Below, in pieces: positions 50,689-63,955 of a stretch of DNA of 64,000 nucleotides. A model generated the notes under the pieces. That model made no database searches, was not told the DNA's origin, and was given only the letters and a program-made list of their open reading frames with translations. Origin of the DNA: an uncultured Alphaproteobacteria bacterium (lineage in GTDB: Bacteria; Pseudomonadota; Alphaproteobacteria; Azospirillales; Azospirillaceae). The stretch's first letter is position 1; every line of letters starts with the position of its first letter. The stretch is taken from the NCBI GenBank assembly GCA_963848585.1, contig CAWKET010000001.1, positions 3,812 to 67,811 of the forward strand, given 5' to 3'. A program made the position numbers and the translations under genes.

Positions 50689-53600
50689 GGCGTCTCACCC
50701 TGAGCCAGTTTGTTCAATGTATCGTACGCGGCATTGGACCTGGGCCGCCACAGGCCGCGCGACAGGGCTTCGGCCAGCTTTTCCGCCATTTCGCGAAGTG
50801 CCGCGGGATTGGCCTCTGCCATGAAGTCCCGCACCGTGTCATCGGCGACGTACGCGTCGAAGACGGCATCGAAATGGTGGTCACGTACACAGCGCGCGGT
50901 GGCGGCGAAGGCGAACAGGTAATCGACCGTGGCGGCGATTTCGAACGCGCCCTTGTAGCCGTGGCGCATCACGCCGGCGATCCATTTCGGATTGACCACG
51001 CGGGCGCGGACCACGCGGGCGATCTCCTCCTCCAGCGTGCGGACCCCGGGTTTTCCGGGCGGGAGTGGTCGTTGTGGTAGACCGGCGGCGCCTGCCCCGA
51101 CAATGTCCGCACGGCGACCGCCAGACCGCCTTCGAACTGGTAATAGTCGTCGCTGTCGAGCAGGTCGTGCTCCCGGTTGTCCTGATTGTGCAGGACGGCC
51201 TGGACCGCGCCCAGCCGGGCCTCGAACAGCCCGCGCTCCGGCGCGCCCTCCACCCCGCCGCCATAGGCGTAGCCGCCCCAGGCGAGATAGGCTTCCGCCA
51301 AGATCGCTTTCCGTCTCCCAGCCCCGCTCGTCGATCAGCGCCTGCAGGCCGGCGCCATAGGCGCCCGGCTTGGAGCCGAAAACCCGATGCCCCGCCCGCT
51401 TCCGCGCCGCAGCCGGGTCGATGCCGGACGCCACCAGCTTCTCGGCATCCTGCCGGACGCGGGCGGCCAGCGGGTTGATGTCGTCAGGCTCGTCCAGATC
51501 GGCGATGGCGCGGGCGGCGCTGTCCACCAGATCCATCTGGGCCGGGAAGGCATCGCGGAAGAAGCCGGAAACCCGCAGGGTCACATCGACGCGCGGGCGG
51601 TCGAGCACGCTGGCCGGCATGATCTCGAACCCGGTGACGCGGCCGGTCGCGGTGTCCCAGGTCGGCCGGGCGCCCATCAGGGCCAGCGCCTGGGCGATGT
51701 CGTCGCCGCCGGTCCGCATGTTGGCGGTGCCCCAGGCCGACAGCGCCATGGTCCGGGGCCAGTCGCCGTTCTCCTGAAGGTAGCGCTCGACAACGCGCGA
51801 CGCCGATTTCCAGCCCAGATGCCAGGCGGCCGGCGTGGGAACCGCGCGCGTATCGACCGAATAGAAGTTGCGCCCGGTCGGCAGAACCTCCGGCCTTCCG
51901 CGCGTCGGAGCGCCGGAGGGCCGGGTTCGACAAAACGGCCGTCCAGGCCGCGCAGAAGCCCGGTCAGTTCGGCGTCACCGCAGGAGGACACCACGGGCCG
52001 CAGATGCGCGGACGATGTAATCCAGAACGGCGCGGAAGCCGACCATTCCGGGTCCGCAACGACCTCTCCGGCGACCAGCTTCCGCGCCAGTTCCTCAAGC
52101 CGCTCCACCGTGTCGCCATGGGTGCGCCAGACGCCGCCGGTTTCCAGCGCCGCCGGCCGCGGCCCCGTCCAGGGATCGCCCATGACGCAGTCCAGCGGAT
52201 CGAACTCCAAGCCCAAGATCCGCCGCCAGAGCGCGGATCAGCGAGGCGTCCCGGCCCTCGCCCTTGCCGCGCGGCAGCCGGGTCAGCGCCACCAGAAGAT
52301 CGGTCAGCAACCGCCTTCCGGCGCCACGCCGAAGACGTGCAGGCCGTCGCGGATCTGGAGTTCCTTCAACTCGCACAGATGATTGTCGAGCTTGGCGAGA
52401 GCCGCCTGCGGCTCGTCATCCCGGCTGACGCCGCAATCCACGTCCAGGCCAGTGGCGGCGCTCAGTTCCAGAATGCGGTCGCGCAGCACGACGATGCGGC
52501 GCGGATCGACGCCCGCCGCCTCGTAATATTCGTCCACCAGCATTTCCAGCTCACGCAGCGGGCCATAGCTTTCGGCGCGGGTCAGCGGCGGGGTCAGGTG
52601 GTCGATGATGACGGCGGCGGCGCGGCGCTTGGCCTGCGTTCCCTCGCCCGGATCGTTGACGATGAAGGGATAGAGGTGCGGCAACGGCCCCAGCGCCACT
52701 TCCGGAAAGCAGGTTTCCGACATGGCGAGCGACTTGCCCGGCAGCCATTCCAGATTGCCGTGCTTGCCGAAATGGACGACGGCATGGGCGTCGAAGACCT
52801 GCCGGACCCAGGCGTAGAAGGCCAGATAGGCGTGCGGCGGCACCAGATCGGGATCGTGGTAGGTCTTGGACGGATCGATCTGATATCCACGCGCCGGCTG
52901 GATCGCGATGGCGGCGTTCCCCAACCGAATGACCGGCAACAGAAAACGCCCATCGCGCACGAACGGATCGTTCGCCGGCTCGCCCCAGCGATCCGTCACA
53001 GCCGCGCGTACCGCTTCAGGCAAACCGTCGAAGAAGGATCGGTAACGGTCCAACCCCAAGAGTTTCGGAAACGATCCGCTGATCCAGATCGCGCAGATCG
53101 TTGGTGACGCCCGCACTCAGGCGATCCATCAGTTCAGCCGAATCAGCGGGCAGATCGGTGACGCCATACCCAGCCTCGGCAAGGGCGCGAAGCGTCCGCA
53201 CCACCCCGGCCGGCGTATCCAGCCCGACGCCGTTCGCAAGCCGCCCATCCCGGTTCGGGTAGTTCGCCATGACGATGGCGACGCGCCGGTCGCTCCGCCG
53301 AAGTCCGGCGCAGCCGCGCCCAGCGCGCCGCCAGCGCCGCGACGAACGCGACCCGGTCCGGCACGGGCCGGTACGACAGCACCCAGCTTTCGGTCGCCTC
53401 GTGCCGCCGGGCCTCCGCCTTGAAGCTGACGGCGCGGGTGATAAGGCGGCCGTCAACCTCGGGCAGAGCCACGTTCATGGCGATATCGCGGGCGGAAAGC
53501 CCGGAGGTCCCGGCCCGCCATGCCGCCTCCGACCCGCCGGAGAACACCACCTGAAAGACCGGGCAATCCGCATTGTCGAAGGGCGTGGACGATCGCGCCG

Positions 53601-54426
53601 CCCCCGGCTGGGAGACCGCGAAGGATGTCGCGTTCAGGATCACATCGGGACCGGAACGATCCAGCAGATCCGTCACGATCCCCGCCGCCACCTTCTCCTT
53701 GAGACTGGTCGTAGCGATCGGCAGCGCGTTGACGCCGGCCTCCGCCAGCGCCGCGATCAGGGCGTCGATGACGGCGGTATTGGCCGCCTGCTCCAGCGCC
53801 CGGTAGAACAGGATCGCCGCGACAGGCGCTCCTGGAACCCAATCCCGGCGCAAATCCTCCAGCGTCGGCCGATCCCGGCCCGGCCAGTAGATCCCGGCCC
53901 GCATCAGCGGAACCGGCTCCCGCCACTCAGCGTCCTCGTACCCGATCAGGTGGGCCGCATAGCGCAGCAGACCCGCCGCGTTCTCGACGCCGCCATGGAC
54001 GGCGTACTGCCAAAGCCGGTGCGCCGCATCGCCGGCCAAGGTCGAGAACCGCGCCAGTTCCGGGTCCGGCTGATCGTCGCCCGGCAGGACCGCCAGCGCG
54101 ATGCCCCGACGGCGGCAGGTTTCCGCCACCTGTTCGATGCCATAAGGCCAATAGCCGGCGCCGCCCAACACCCGGACCACCACCAGCTTCGCCCGCGCCA
54201 CGACCTTTTCGACATACAGATCGACCGACAGGTTATGCCCGAGTTGCAGCAGACTGGCGAGCCGAAGGCTCGGAAAACCCGGCCCCAGCCGGTCACGCGC
54301 GGCGGCAAGGCAGGCCAACTCGGTGTCGGCCGCCGACAGCACGACGATATCGCCCGGCGTCTGGCCAAGGTCGATCGCCTCGCCGCCGTCGGAAATGGTG
54401 CCGGGCTGGGCCGCCAGCAGATGCAT
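50685..54426 (-). CDS. cobN: Cobaltochelatase subunit CobN (multiple frameshifts)
   Basis: MHLLAAQPG, GKHGNLEWLPGK, DPGEGTQAKRR, RARVVNPKWI..HGYKGA. Confidence 0.94.
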
Positions 54427-54432
54427 GCCGGA

Positions 54433-55467
54433 TCAGCCCCGCAGGATGGTTTCGATCGCGGAACGATCAAGCCCGCGCTGACCGATCACGACCAGCTCGC
54501 TGCGCCTGTTCTCGTCCTGCCTCCAGCGGCGGTCGTAGTAGCGCTGGATACGGTCGCCCACGCCCTGCACCACCTGCCGCATCGGCTTTCCCGCCACATC
54601 GAGAAAGCCCTTGATCCGCAGGATGTCATGGGCGGCGACGGCGGCCAGAATCCGCTCCTCGACCCGCTCCGGGACCTCGACCGTGCCGAGTTCGACGACG
54701 AAGCTGTCGAAATCGTCGTGGTCGTGGTCTTCGCCTTCCAGCTCATGGTGCGACGGACGGCTGTCCAGATCGTCCTCCGCCGCAGCCCCAAGCCCCAGCA
54801 GCACCAGCGGATCGATGCCGCCCTGCACCGACGACCACCGTCTTGACGGCGGGCCGCAGATGCTCCGCCACGATTTGGGCAACCCGGTCCAGGGTCGCGG
54901 CATCGACCCGGTCGGCCTTGTTCAGCACGACCATGTCGGCGCACTGGATCTGCTCCTCGAACAGCTCCTCCAGCGGGCTTTCATGATCCAGCGAATCGTC
55001 GGCCTCGCCGCGCCGCCTGCACCGCTTCCGGATCGCCGGCGAAACGGCCGGCCGCGACCGCCTCGGCATCGATCACGGCGATGACGCCGTCCACGGTGAC
55101 GCGGGTGCGGATTTCCGGCCAGGCGAAGGCCTTGACCAGCGGCTTCGGCAGCGCCAGACCCGGAGGTTTCGATAACGATATGATCGGGCGGGTTGGGCTG
55201 GTTGAGCAGCTTTTCGATGGTCGGCAGGAAATCGTCGGCGACGGTGCAGCAGATGCAGCCGTTGGCCAGCTCGATGATGTCCTCCTCGCGGCAGGTCGCG
55301 ATGCCGCAGCCGGCCAGCATTTCACGGTCAACGCCGAGATCGCCGAACTCGTTGATGATCAGCGCCAGCCGGCGGCCACGGGCGTTTTCCAGCAGGTGGC
55401 GGATCAGGCTGGTCTTGCCGGCGCCGAGAAAGCCGGTGATGACCGTCGCGGGGATCTTGGTGCTCAA
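54433..55467 (-). CDS. cobW: Cobalamin biosynthesis GTPase CobW (frameshifted)
   Basis: [23 protein letters not shown], His-rich segment, LRIKGF. Confidence 0.94.
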
Positions 55468-56016
55468 TGAATGTTTCCTTGATCGGTTTGCTTGACGGTC
55501 ATGGGGATACCCGCGACCAGAAAATAGACGGCATCGGCCACAGCCGCGATCTCCTGATGGAGACGGCCGGCATGGTCGCGGAAAGCCCGCGCCATGGCAT
55601 TGTCGGGGACGATGCCAAGCCCGACCTCGTTGGACACGAAAATGACCGGCCCCTGAAGGTTGCCGAAGACACCCGACCAGCCGCCGGGTCTCCTCGGCCA
55701 TATCGCGCTCGGCCATCATCAGGTTGGTGACCCAGAGGGTCAGGCAATCGACCAGCACGACCGCGTCGGGCGCCGTCAGCGTCGGCAGCACGCCCGCCAG
55801 ATCCAGCGGTTCTTCAACGGTGGTCCAGCGCCCCCCGCGCCGGGCGCGGTGTTCATCGATGCGGGCCGACATCTCGCCGTCCCAGGCCCTGCCCGTCGCG
55901 AGATAGACCGGCCGGGCGCTACGCTCCGCCATGGCTTCGGCAAAGCGGCTCTTGCCCGACCGGGCGCCGCCGAGAACCAGGGTGACGCTTGTGGGCGTCC
56001 CGGTAGCAACAATCAT
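55464..56016 (-). CDS. cobU: Adenosylcobinamide kinase/guanylyltransferase (CobU/CobP), 3' frameshift
   Basis: [25 protein letters not shown]. Confidence 0.93.
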
Positions 56017-56065
56017 GACCCACCTTCGCCGGTTCACCCCGCCCGGCCGTGATTGAACATACGGC

Positions 56066-56170
56066 GCTCGACGGCAGGTCTCCTGGCTTCGCGAGTCGTG
56101 CGGGTGTCCGGCCTTCCCGGATGCTCCCTCCTGGCGGTCCGGCGGTTTTCGCCGCCGGGCACCATCGAGC
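56066..56170 (-). ncRNA. Centrally deleted cobalamin-riboswitch-like element upstream of cobU-cobW-cobN
   Basis: P1 GCTCGATGG/CCGTCGAGC, GGGAAGG and AGCCAGGAGACCTGCC present; CCCCGCAACTGT and GCCACTG absent; only ~105 nt. Confidence 0.7.
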
Positions 56171-56177
56171 GGGGCGC

Positions 56178-58242
<2,065 letters not shown>

Positions 58243-58353
58243 TCAAGGCTTTGGACAGACTTGTCAAGACGGGAGAGATGACGCGGCGTTGCGGGGAGAT
58301 TCACTCCCCGCCGCGCCCGTCAGCCAGGAGTTTCGAGCCGTGAAGAGTTCAGA

Positions 58354-59281
58354 CTACTTGGGGCTTCAGGTAATAGGCGCGGCTCTGGAACGCCACCGGG
58401 TGCCGACAGGTAGGTCTGAATGGCATGGGCATCCACACCGTCCAGCAGTTCCCGCATCGCCGACGCCCATGGGTGCTTGCTGGTGCCGTAGGTCAGCTTG
58501 ACGCGCTCGGACGGCTCGGCTTCGGCCAGCAGGAAAGTGTCGAAAGGCTGCAGGATGTTCCAGCGGCAGCCGATGGCCTTTTCGTTGGGAATACCGTATT
58601 CCGTGATCGGGGAAATGGCGGCTCGGGACCGGCGTCAGGCCGGTGGTGTCGGCGATGGCCGTGAAGATGGCCTCGTTGGCGATTGTTCGGGATCGTTGAC
58701 CCGGAACCCCCAGGTCCGGACCCATTCCGGCTTATACACCGGCACCGGGAGCCCTGCACGGGTTCGGCGACGGCAGGTTCAGCAGGAAGGAGGTCTTGAA
58801 CTTGGGCTCGCCGAAAAGCTTCTCGCCCGCATCGATGGCGACGTCGCTGTCGCACGGCACGAAGATGCGATGGTTGCCCAGCAGCTTGGTCTGGTCGTCG
58901 CCCATCAGCCACTGATCGAAGGTGATATCGGGTACATCACTGGCCGCGCCCTTTCGGGTAGGCGACGATATTCAGTTCCAGTTCCTGGGTGACGCCGGTG
59001 GCCGACGAGAACCACTTCGACTGCGGCGCATCGACCCCGGCGGAGAAGAAAGCGGTATAAACCTGAAAGTTGTAGCTGACCGATGCCTTGCCATTGAACA
59101 GGGCCGGCTCTCAACCCACTGTTCTTGAACTTGCCATCGAAGTAGGGCTTTACCCGTTCCTTATCCACCAGATAATGCACGACAATGTTGGATAGCGAAG
59201 AATAATAAAACGGGGTGGTGAGTCCGGCGGGTATGGGGGGCAGAATCGTATTGGCCGGCGGGCAGTGGAGTCGGCGGTCAT
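58354..59281 (-). CDS. Hypothetical protein of about 300 aa, possibly acetoacetate-decarboxylase-like fold (frameshifted)
   Basis: Stitched frames give PFYYSSLSNIVVHYLVD..ELELNIVAYP..AIDAGEKLFGEPKF..QSRAYYLKPK; fold call is a guess. Confidence 0.55.
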
Positions 59282-59512
59282 CTTCTCGGCTTCCTTCCTG
59301 AGTGGAAAATCCAGGAGAGGTAAAACCATCGATAAGCATTTTTCCAGTATTTTCTTTAAATTATATATTACAACTTTGCAAAAATCCTTTCAGGTTGTTC
59401 ATCTGCGCAATCGCCTAAAATTGCAACCTGGACATCCATGGACCTTACGTCGCTCCGTGTCACTCACGCGAACAAGCATACAGGCTGACACGGGCGTCCG
59501 CAGCGGAATTCG

Positions 59513-59749
59513 TTACTTATCGGTTTTAGCCAGGGTATGGAGAGCCTGTGCCCACAGGAAGTATTTGCATGTCGCCAGTTCCTCGATAGTGTCGATGCCA
59601 AAGGCCTCCTTGAGCTTCTTGGCATCGCTGTCGGTAACACCGGCAAGGGCCGAGGGCGGCAGAGACATGAGTTGCTTCGGGGTCATTCCCTCATGGGCTT
59701 TATCGAGAATCGCATGCAGAGCGTCGATTGATGCCATAGCCATCTCCAT
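59513..59749 (-). CDS. Small conserved-looking hypothetical protein
   Basis: LDKAHEG..PPSALAGVTDSDAKKLKEAFGIDTIEELA..WAQAL; helical, HhH-like pattern. Confidence 0.7.
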   Translation of the reverse strand: MEMAMASIDALHAILDKAHEGMTPKQLMSLPPSALAGVTDSDAKKLKEAFGIDTIEELATCKYFLWAQALHTLAKTDK

Positions 59750-60016
59750 TGTTTGAAATTTTAATTACGAATAAATTAACCACTAAACCGGCATGCCAAG
59801 TCAACACGTACTGGAACGCAAGGCACCTTAAGGCAAAGCAGCCTCGTCGGAACCTTTGATGTTGGACGATCCGGTATCCGATCCTGGCACGATCATGTTC
59901 ATTTTATTGTGATTTTCCACCGATCACTTGACAATTAGGCCAGATTCATACAACCATCAGATTAATTCGTATTCTCCGCGAATGCCTGCCTAATACCGGA
60001 TCAGCGGAGACCCGCC

Positions 60017-61235
60017 GTGGAGATCCATTCTTGATCCGCAAGACGTACCTTCCCGGCGCGACGATCTTTTTCGAAGGGCAGCCCGCCGACTGCGCCTATA
60101 TCGTCGAGCGCGGGCAGGTGGAAATCTGCGCCGTCCGCGAGCGGACGCACATCACGCTGGCCACGCTGGGCCCCGGCGAGATCTTCGGTGAGATGGCCGT
60201 CCTGGATGACGGCGTCCGCTCGGCCCAGGCGCGCGCGGTCGAGGAGACGGAAGTTCTCATCATCCGCAGCGACCAGTTGAGGCGCCGCATCATGGAGGCG
60301 GAACCCATCGTCGGGCAGGTGCTCAGCAGCCTGATCAAGCGGTTCCGTCAGGCGCAGACCGGGCTCCTCAACGATCTGCCCTCGCGCATGGGAGCGAGCC
60401 ATGTGGTGGTGCCGAACATCGCCGATACCGACGGCGCCAGTGCCGGCGGGGCGGCGCTGGACTGGCTGCGCCGTGAATACGACCTTGAGCGCGGCCTCAG
60501 CGCCGGTGAGTTCGTACCCTTCTTCCAGCCGATCGTGACCATCGCGGACGGCGTCTCTTGCCGGGTTCGAGGCACTGGCCCGGTGGCGCCATCCCGAACG
60601 CGGTCTCGTGCCGCCGAGCGAGTTCATCGATCTGGGCGAAAAGTGCGGCCTGATCCGGCGCATCGACCTTGCCATCATCGCCGGAGCCTGCCGGATTCTC
60701 CGCGAAGCCGCCACCAGGGCGCAACGCCCTTCCTCAGCGTCAACTTGTCGGCGCAGCATTTCACCGATTTCGGGGTGGTCGACAGCCTCGCGAAGATCCT
60801 CGGCGATACCGGCTTCGACCCCGCCCACCTCAAGGTGGAGTTGACGGAGACGGCGCTTGTCCACGATCCGCGCAAAGCGCGCGAGGTCCTGACCCGCATC
60901 AAGGATCTCGGCATCACGATCGCGCTGGACGATTTCGGGACCGGCTATTCAAGCCTGTCCTACCTGCACAGCTTTCCGTTCGACGTGCTGAAGATCGACC
61001 AGTCCTTCGTCCGCCAGTTGGGAAGCCCCGGCCGCACCCACGACATCGTGGAAACCATCATCACGCTGGCGAACCGCATGGGAATGGTCGTGGTGGCGGA
61101 AGGGATCGAGACACCCGACCTGATCCCGCCGCTCCGCGATCTCGGCTGCACCTTCGGCCAGGGCTACCATTACAGCCGCCCGGTTCCGGCATGCGATCTG
61201 GCGGCGCTTCTCAGCCGCGGAAAGCAGCTGAGTAG
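60017..61235 (+). CDS. cNMP-binding domain plus EAL c-di-GMP phosphodiesterase (frameshifted)
   Basis: GEIFGEMA..RSA; PFFQPIV, FEALARW in shifted frame, VELTE, LDDFGTGYSSL, KIDQSF, VAEGIE, GQGY. Confidence 0.88.
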
Positions 61236-61238
61236 CGC

Positions 61239-62433
61239 TCAGTCGTCCAGTTCCCTGGTCAGCCCGCGCTCGATCAGCGACAGGAAGGCATCGACGACGC
61301 GCGGGTCGAAATGGATGCCGCTCTGGGCTTTCAGGTGCTCGATCGTTTCATCCGGCCGCCACGCGTCCTTGTACGGGCGCTTGTGCATCAGGGCGTCGTA
61401 GACATCGGCAACGGCGGTGATCCGGCCGCCGATCGGGATCTCGTCGCCCTTCAATCCCGCGGGATAGCCGGTTCCGTCGAATTTCTCGTGATGGGTTTCC
61501 GCGACCTCGGCGCCCAAGCTCAGATAGCTGCGCCCCGGCACCATCTTCGCCACTTCGCGCAGCACATTGGCGCCGATCCTGGGGTGCTGGCGGATGACGT
61601 CCATTTCCTCGTCCGTCAGCCGGGCCGGCTTGTTCAGGATGCTGTCCGGCAGCCCCACCTTGCCGACATCGTGCAGAATGCTGGCAAGGCCGATCTGATC
61701 GACGAAACAGTCGTCGATCTCCTCGGTGAACTGGCCCCGCGCTTTCAGTTCGCCGGCGATCAGCGCCGTCAGCCTTTCGATTCGCCTGACATGCTGCCCG
61801 GTGATCTCGTCCTTGAACTCGGCCAGCTTGCCCAGCGCGTAGACCGTCGCCTTCTGGGAATTCAGCACCTGCTCGTACAGGTAGACGTTGTCGAAAGCGA
61901 TCGCGACCTTGCTGCAGAAGATCTCCAGCAGCCCGCGATCCACCTCCCCCAGGGGCGCATGCCCTTCCAGGTAGACGACGCTGATGGAGTGGTTGCGCGA
62001 CCGGAAGACGATCACGCTGTGGTCGTGGCAATAAACGTTGCGGCCTTCCCGGAAGGCCCGGCGGATATCATCCATCGCATCGGCGGGCAGGATCTCATCC
62101 AGCGGCCGTCCCGGCTCGGGGCTGAAGGGCTCGGAACTGGCGAGAACCCTGAACTCCCCGCCGGCCCTCGGTCGCCCTCCTGGGAGCCGACGGTGCAGAG
62201 CAGCGACCCGGTCGCCCCCTGGATCAGCGAATGAAGCTGCATCAGGACGCCTTCGACGAACCGGCTCATCGACTGCTGCTCGAACAGGGAAGCCGATCCG
62301 TCGATGATCTTTTCCAGACCCCGGCGGCTCAGATCGATGCTGACGATGTGCTGATATGACCGCAGGGCCGCCACGACCGAGGTGAACAGCTTCTGCGCCG
62401 TAAGCTCGCTCTTCGCCTTGTAGTCGTTGATGT
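61239..62433 (-). CDS. Exon 2 of REC-DUF3369-HD-GYP phosphodiesterase gene (one apparent frameshift near 62160)
   Basis: INDYKAKSELT..RRGLEKII (DUF3369-like); HDVGKVG, HHEKFDGTGYP, ADVYDAL..RPYK. Confidence 0.9.
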
Positions 62434-63170
62434 TCATCCGGCTCAAGCCTCCACCACAGAGGATTGTCTCCGCTGCGGCACGGAACGTTCGATCCTGGGT
62501 TCGCCTGACAAGGAGAGCTTTCGTTCCCCTTGCCCGTTGGTCTGTTCAGCTTGCGCCGTCTAACGTCTCCGCCGGTTGAGGCGTCCAGGTTCCTCGATTC
62601 CGCTGAGACCCACCGGAAGTCTGCGCTCTTTCGGGCCGGGTATTCCCGCCTTGCGGCGGCCCTGTCCGCCCCATTACAGGACGGCATTCGCTTTCTCCGG
62701 CTTTCCTCTACCCCCTCCATCATGACCCTTCCTTGCGGTCGGGCTTCCGCCTCACGACGGGATGGGTGGGGCTTACCCTGTTGCCCGATGGGGAGTGGCG
62801 ACCGGGGCGGCTGCATCCTTTCATCCGGCGGGAATTGACGTCACCGCCGCCAGCACTACGATCTGGCGGTCCTACCCGCGTACCATTTTGGTCCAGGCCA
62901 CCAGCCTCTTGGGCCTGTTGTCGTTGACGGATGTTAAACGGACATTCGCTTGCGCTCAGCCTTCCGGTCTCCGCTAGGGCCGACCCGGATCGAGGCTCCC
63001 AGGCCTCAGCCCATTGTTCCCAGCGCTTGGTACGTCGGATTGCTCCTCCGCACTGCCAGGTAGCGGCACCCAGGTGAATGGGGTCTTCTCTCGGTGAAGC
63101 ACTCCTTTCCTTATCGGGCCTTACGCCACCAATGCCCGGTGTGATAGGGCATCGGCAACTCAGGTCGCAC
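62434..63170 (-). mobile_element. ORF-less group II intron-like element, truncated within domain V
   Basis: 5' GTGCGAC; EBS1 CGTAGT in a hairpin loop pairs with exon end ACTACG; DI closing helix; short DIV; DV start GAGCCGGATGA; exact removal restores Y-D-I-N-D-Y-K. Confidence 0.88.
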
Positions 63171-63651
63171 CGTAGTAGACGATCACCTGCCGTTCGGGCG
63201 CCTGACCTGGCTGGCCGGTGCGCAGAATGATGCGGACCTGCTTGTTTCCCATCGTCTTGCGGATGAACTCGACGCAGCGCAGGCCCGCATCGTCGGTTTC
63301 CATGACGACGTCCAGCAGCACCACCGCCGTGTCGGGATGCTCCGTGAACACCTTGCAGGCTTCCACGGCGCTGTAGGCGTTGACGAACTCCACCGAACGG
63401 CCGTCGAACACGAAGTCGCCCAGAACGACCTTCGTGACGGCATGGACCTCACGGTCGTCATCGACGATCATGATCTTCCAGGGGCGCGCCCTCACGCCGG
63501 TGGATACGGCGCTCCGGCCTGAGGGCGAAGCGCCGTCAGGCTCGTTCCCGTCATCCGCTTCATCGGCGAACAGCAACTCGTCGTCATCGCCGTCGATGCA
63601 ATCGCCGTCGATGTCGCTTCCGCCAATGCCGTCCATATCAATGGCTGTCAT
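63171..63651 (-). CDS. Exon 1 (receiver domain) of REC-DUF3369-HD-GYP gene
   Basis: Acidic N-terminus, KIMIVDDD, LLDVVMETDDAGL, ILRTGQPGQAPERQVI. Confidence 0.9.
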
Positions 63652-63867
63652 CGCTCGTCGGCTCCATGCTCGGGCACAATTCGAGGTTGGGGCCGATCGA
63701 ACGGGATGTTGAGCACGGCCACCAGCAGGAATTCGCCGGACACCGAAACACCGTCCGGTCATCTCCACGGCACGGCCTCGAGGATTCGACAGCACCTCGA
63801 AATGTCACTTCACACAGCATGGAATCAGTTCCACATTCAGACATACAGTTCAGATCATCACATGGCC

Positions 63868-63955
<88 letters not shown>

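Noticed and set aside
62434..62816. ORF 61239..62816 extending into the intron as a possible intron-encoded protein or longer N-terminus
   Set aside because: No RT, maturase or endonuclease motifs; the upstream part is an out-of-frame read-through joined to the HD-GYP frame by the frameshift near 62160.
62820..62829. Second copy of GCCGGATGAA inside the intron (also near 61347) matching the truncated DV end
   Set aside because: A 10-mer in the same orientation cannot supply the missing DV 3' strand and does not explain the deletion endpoints; probably chance.
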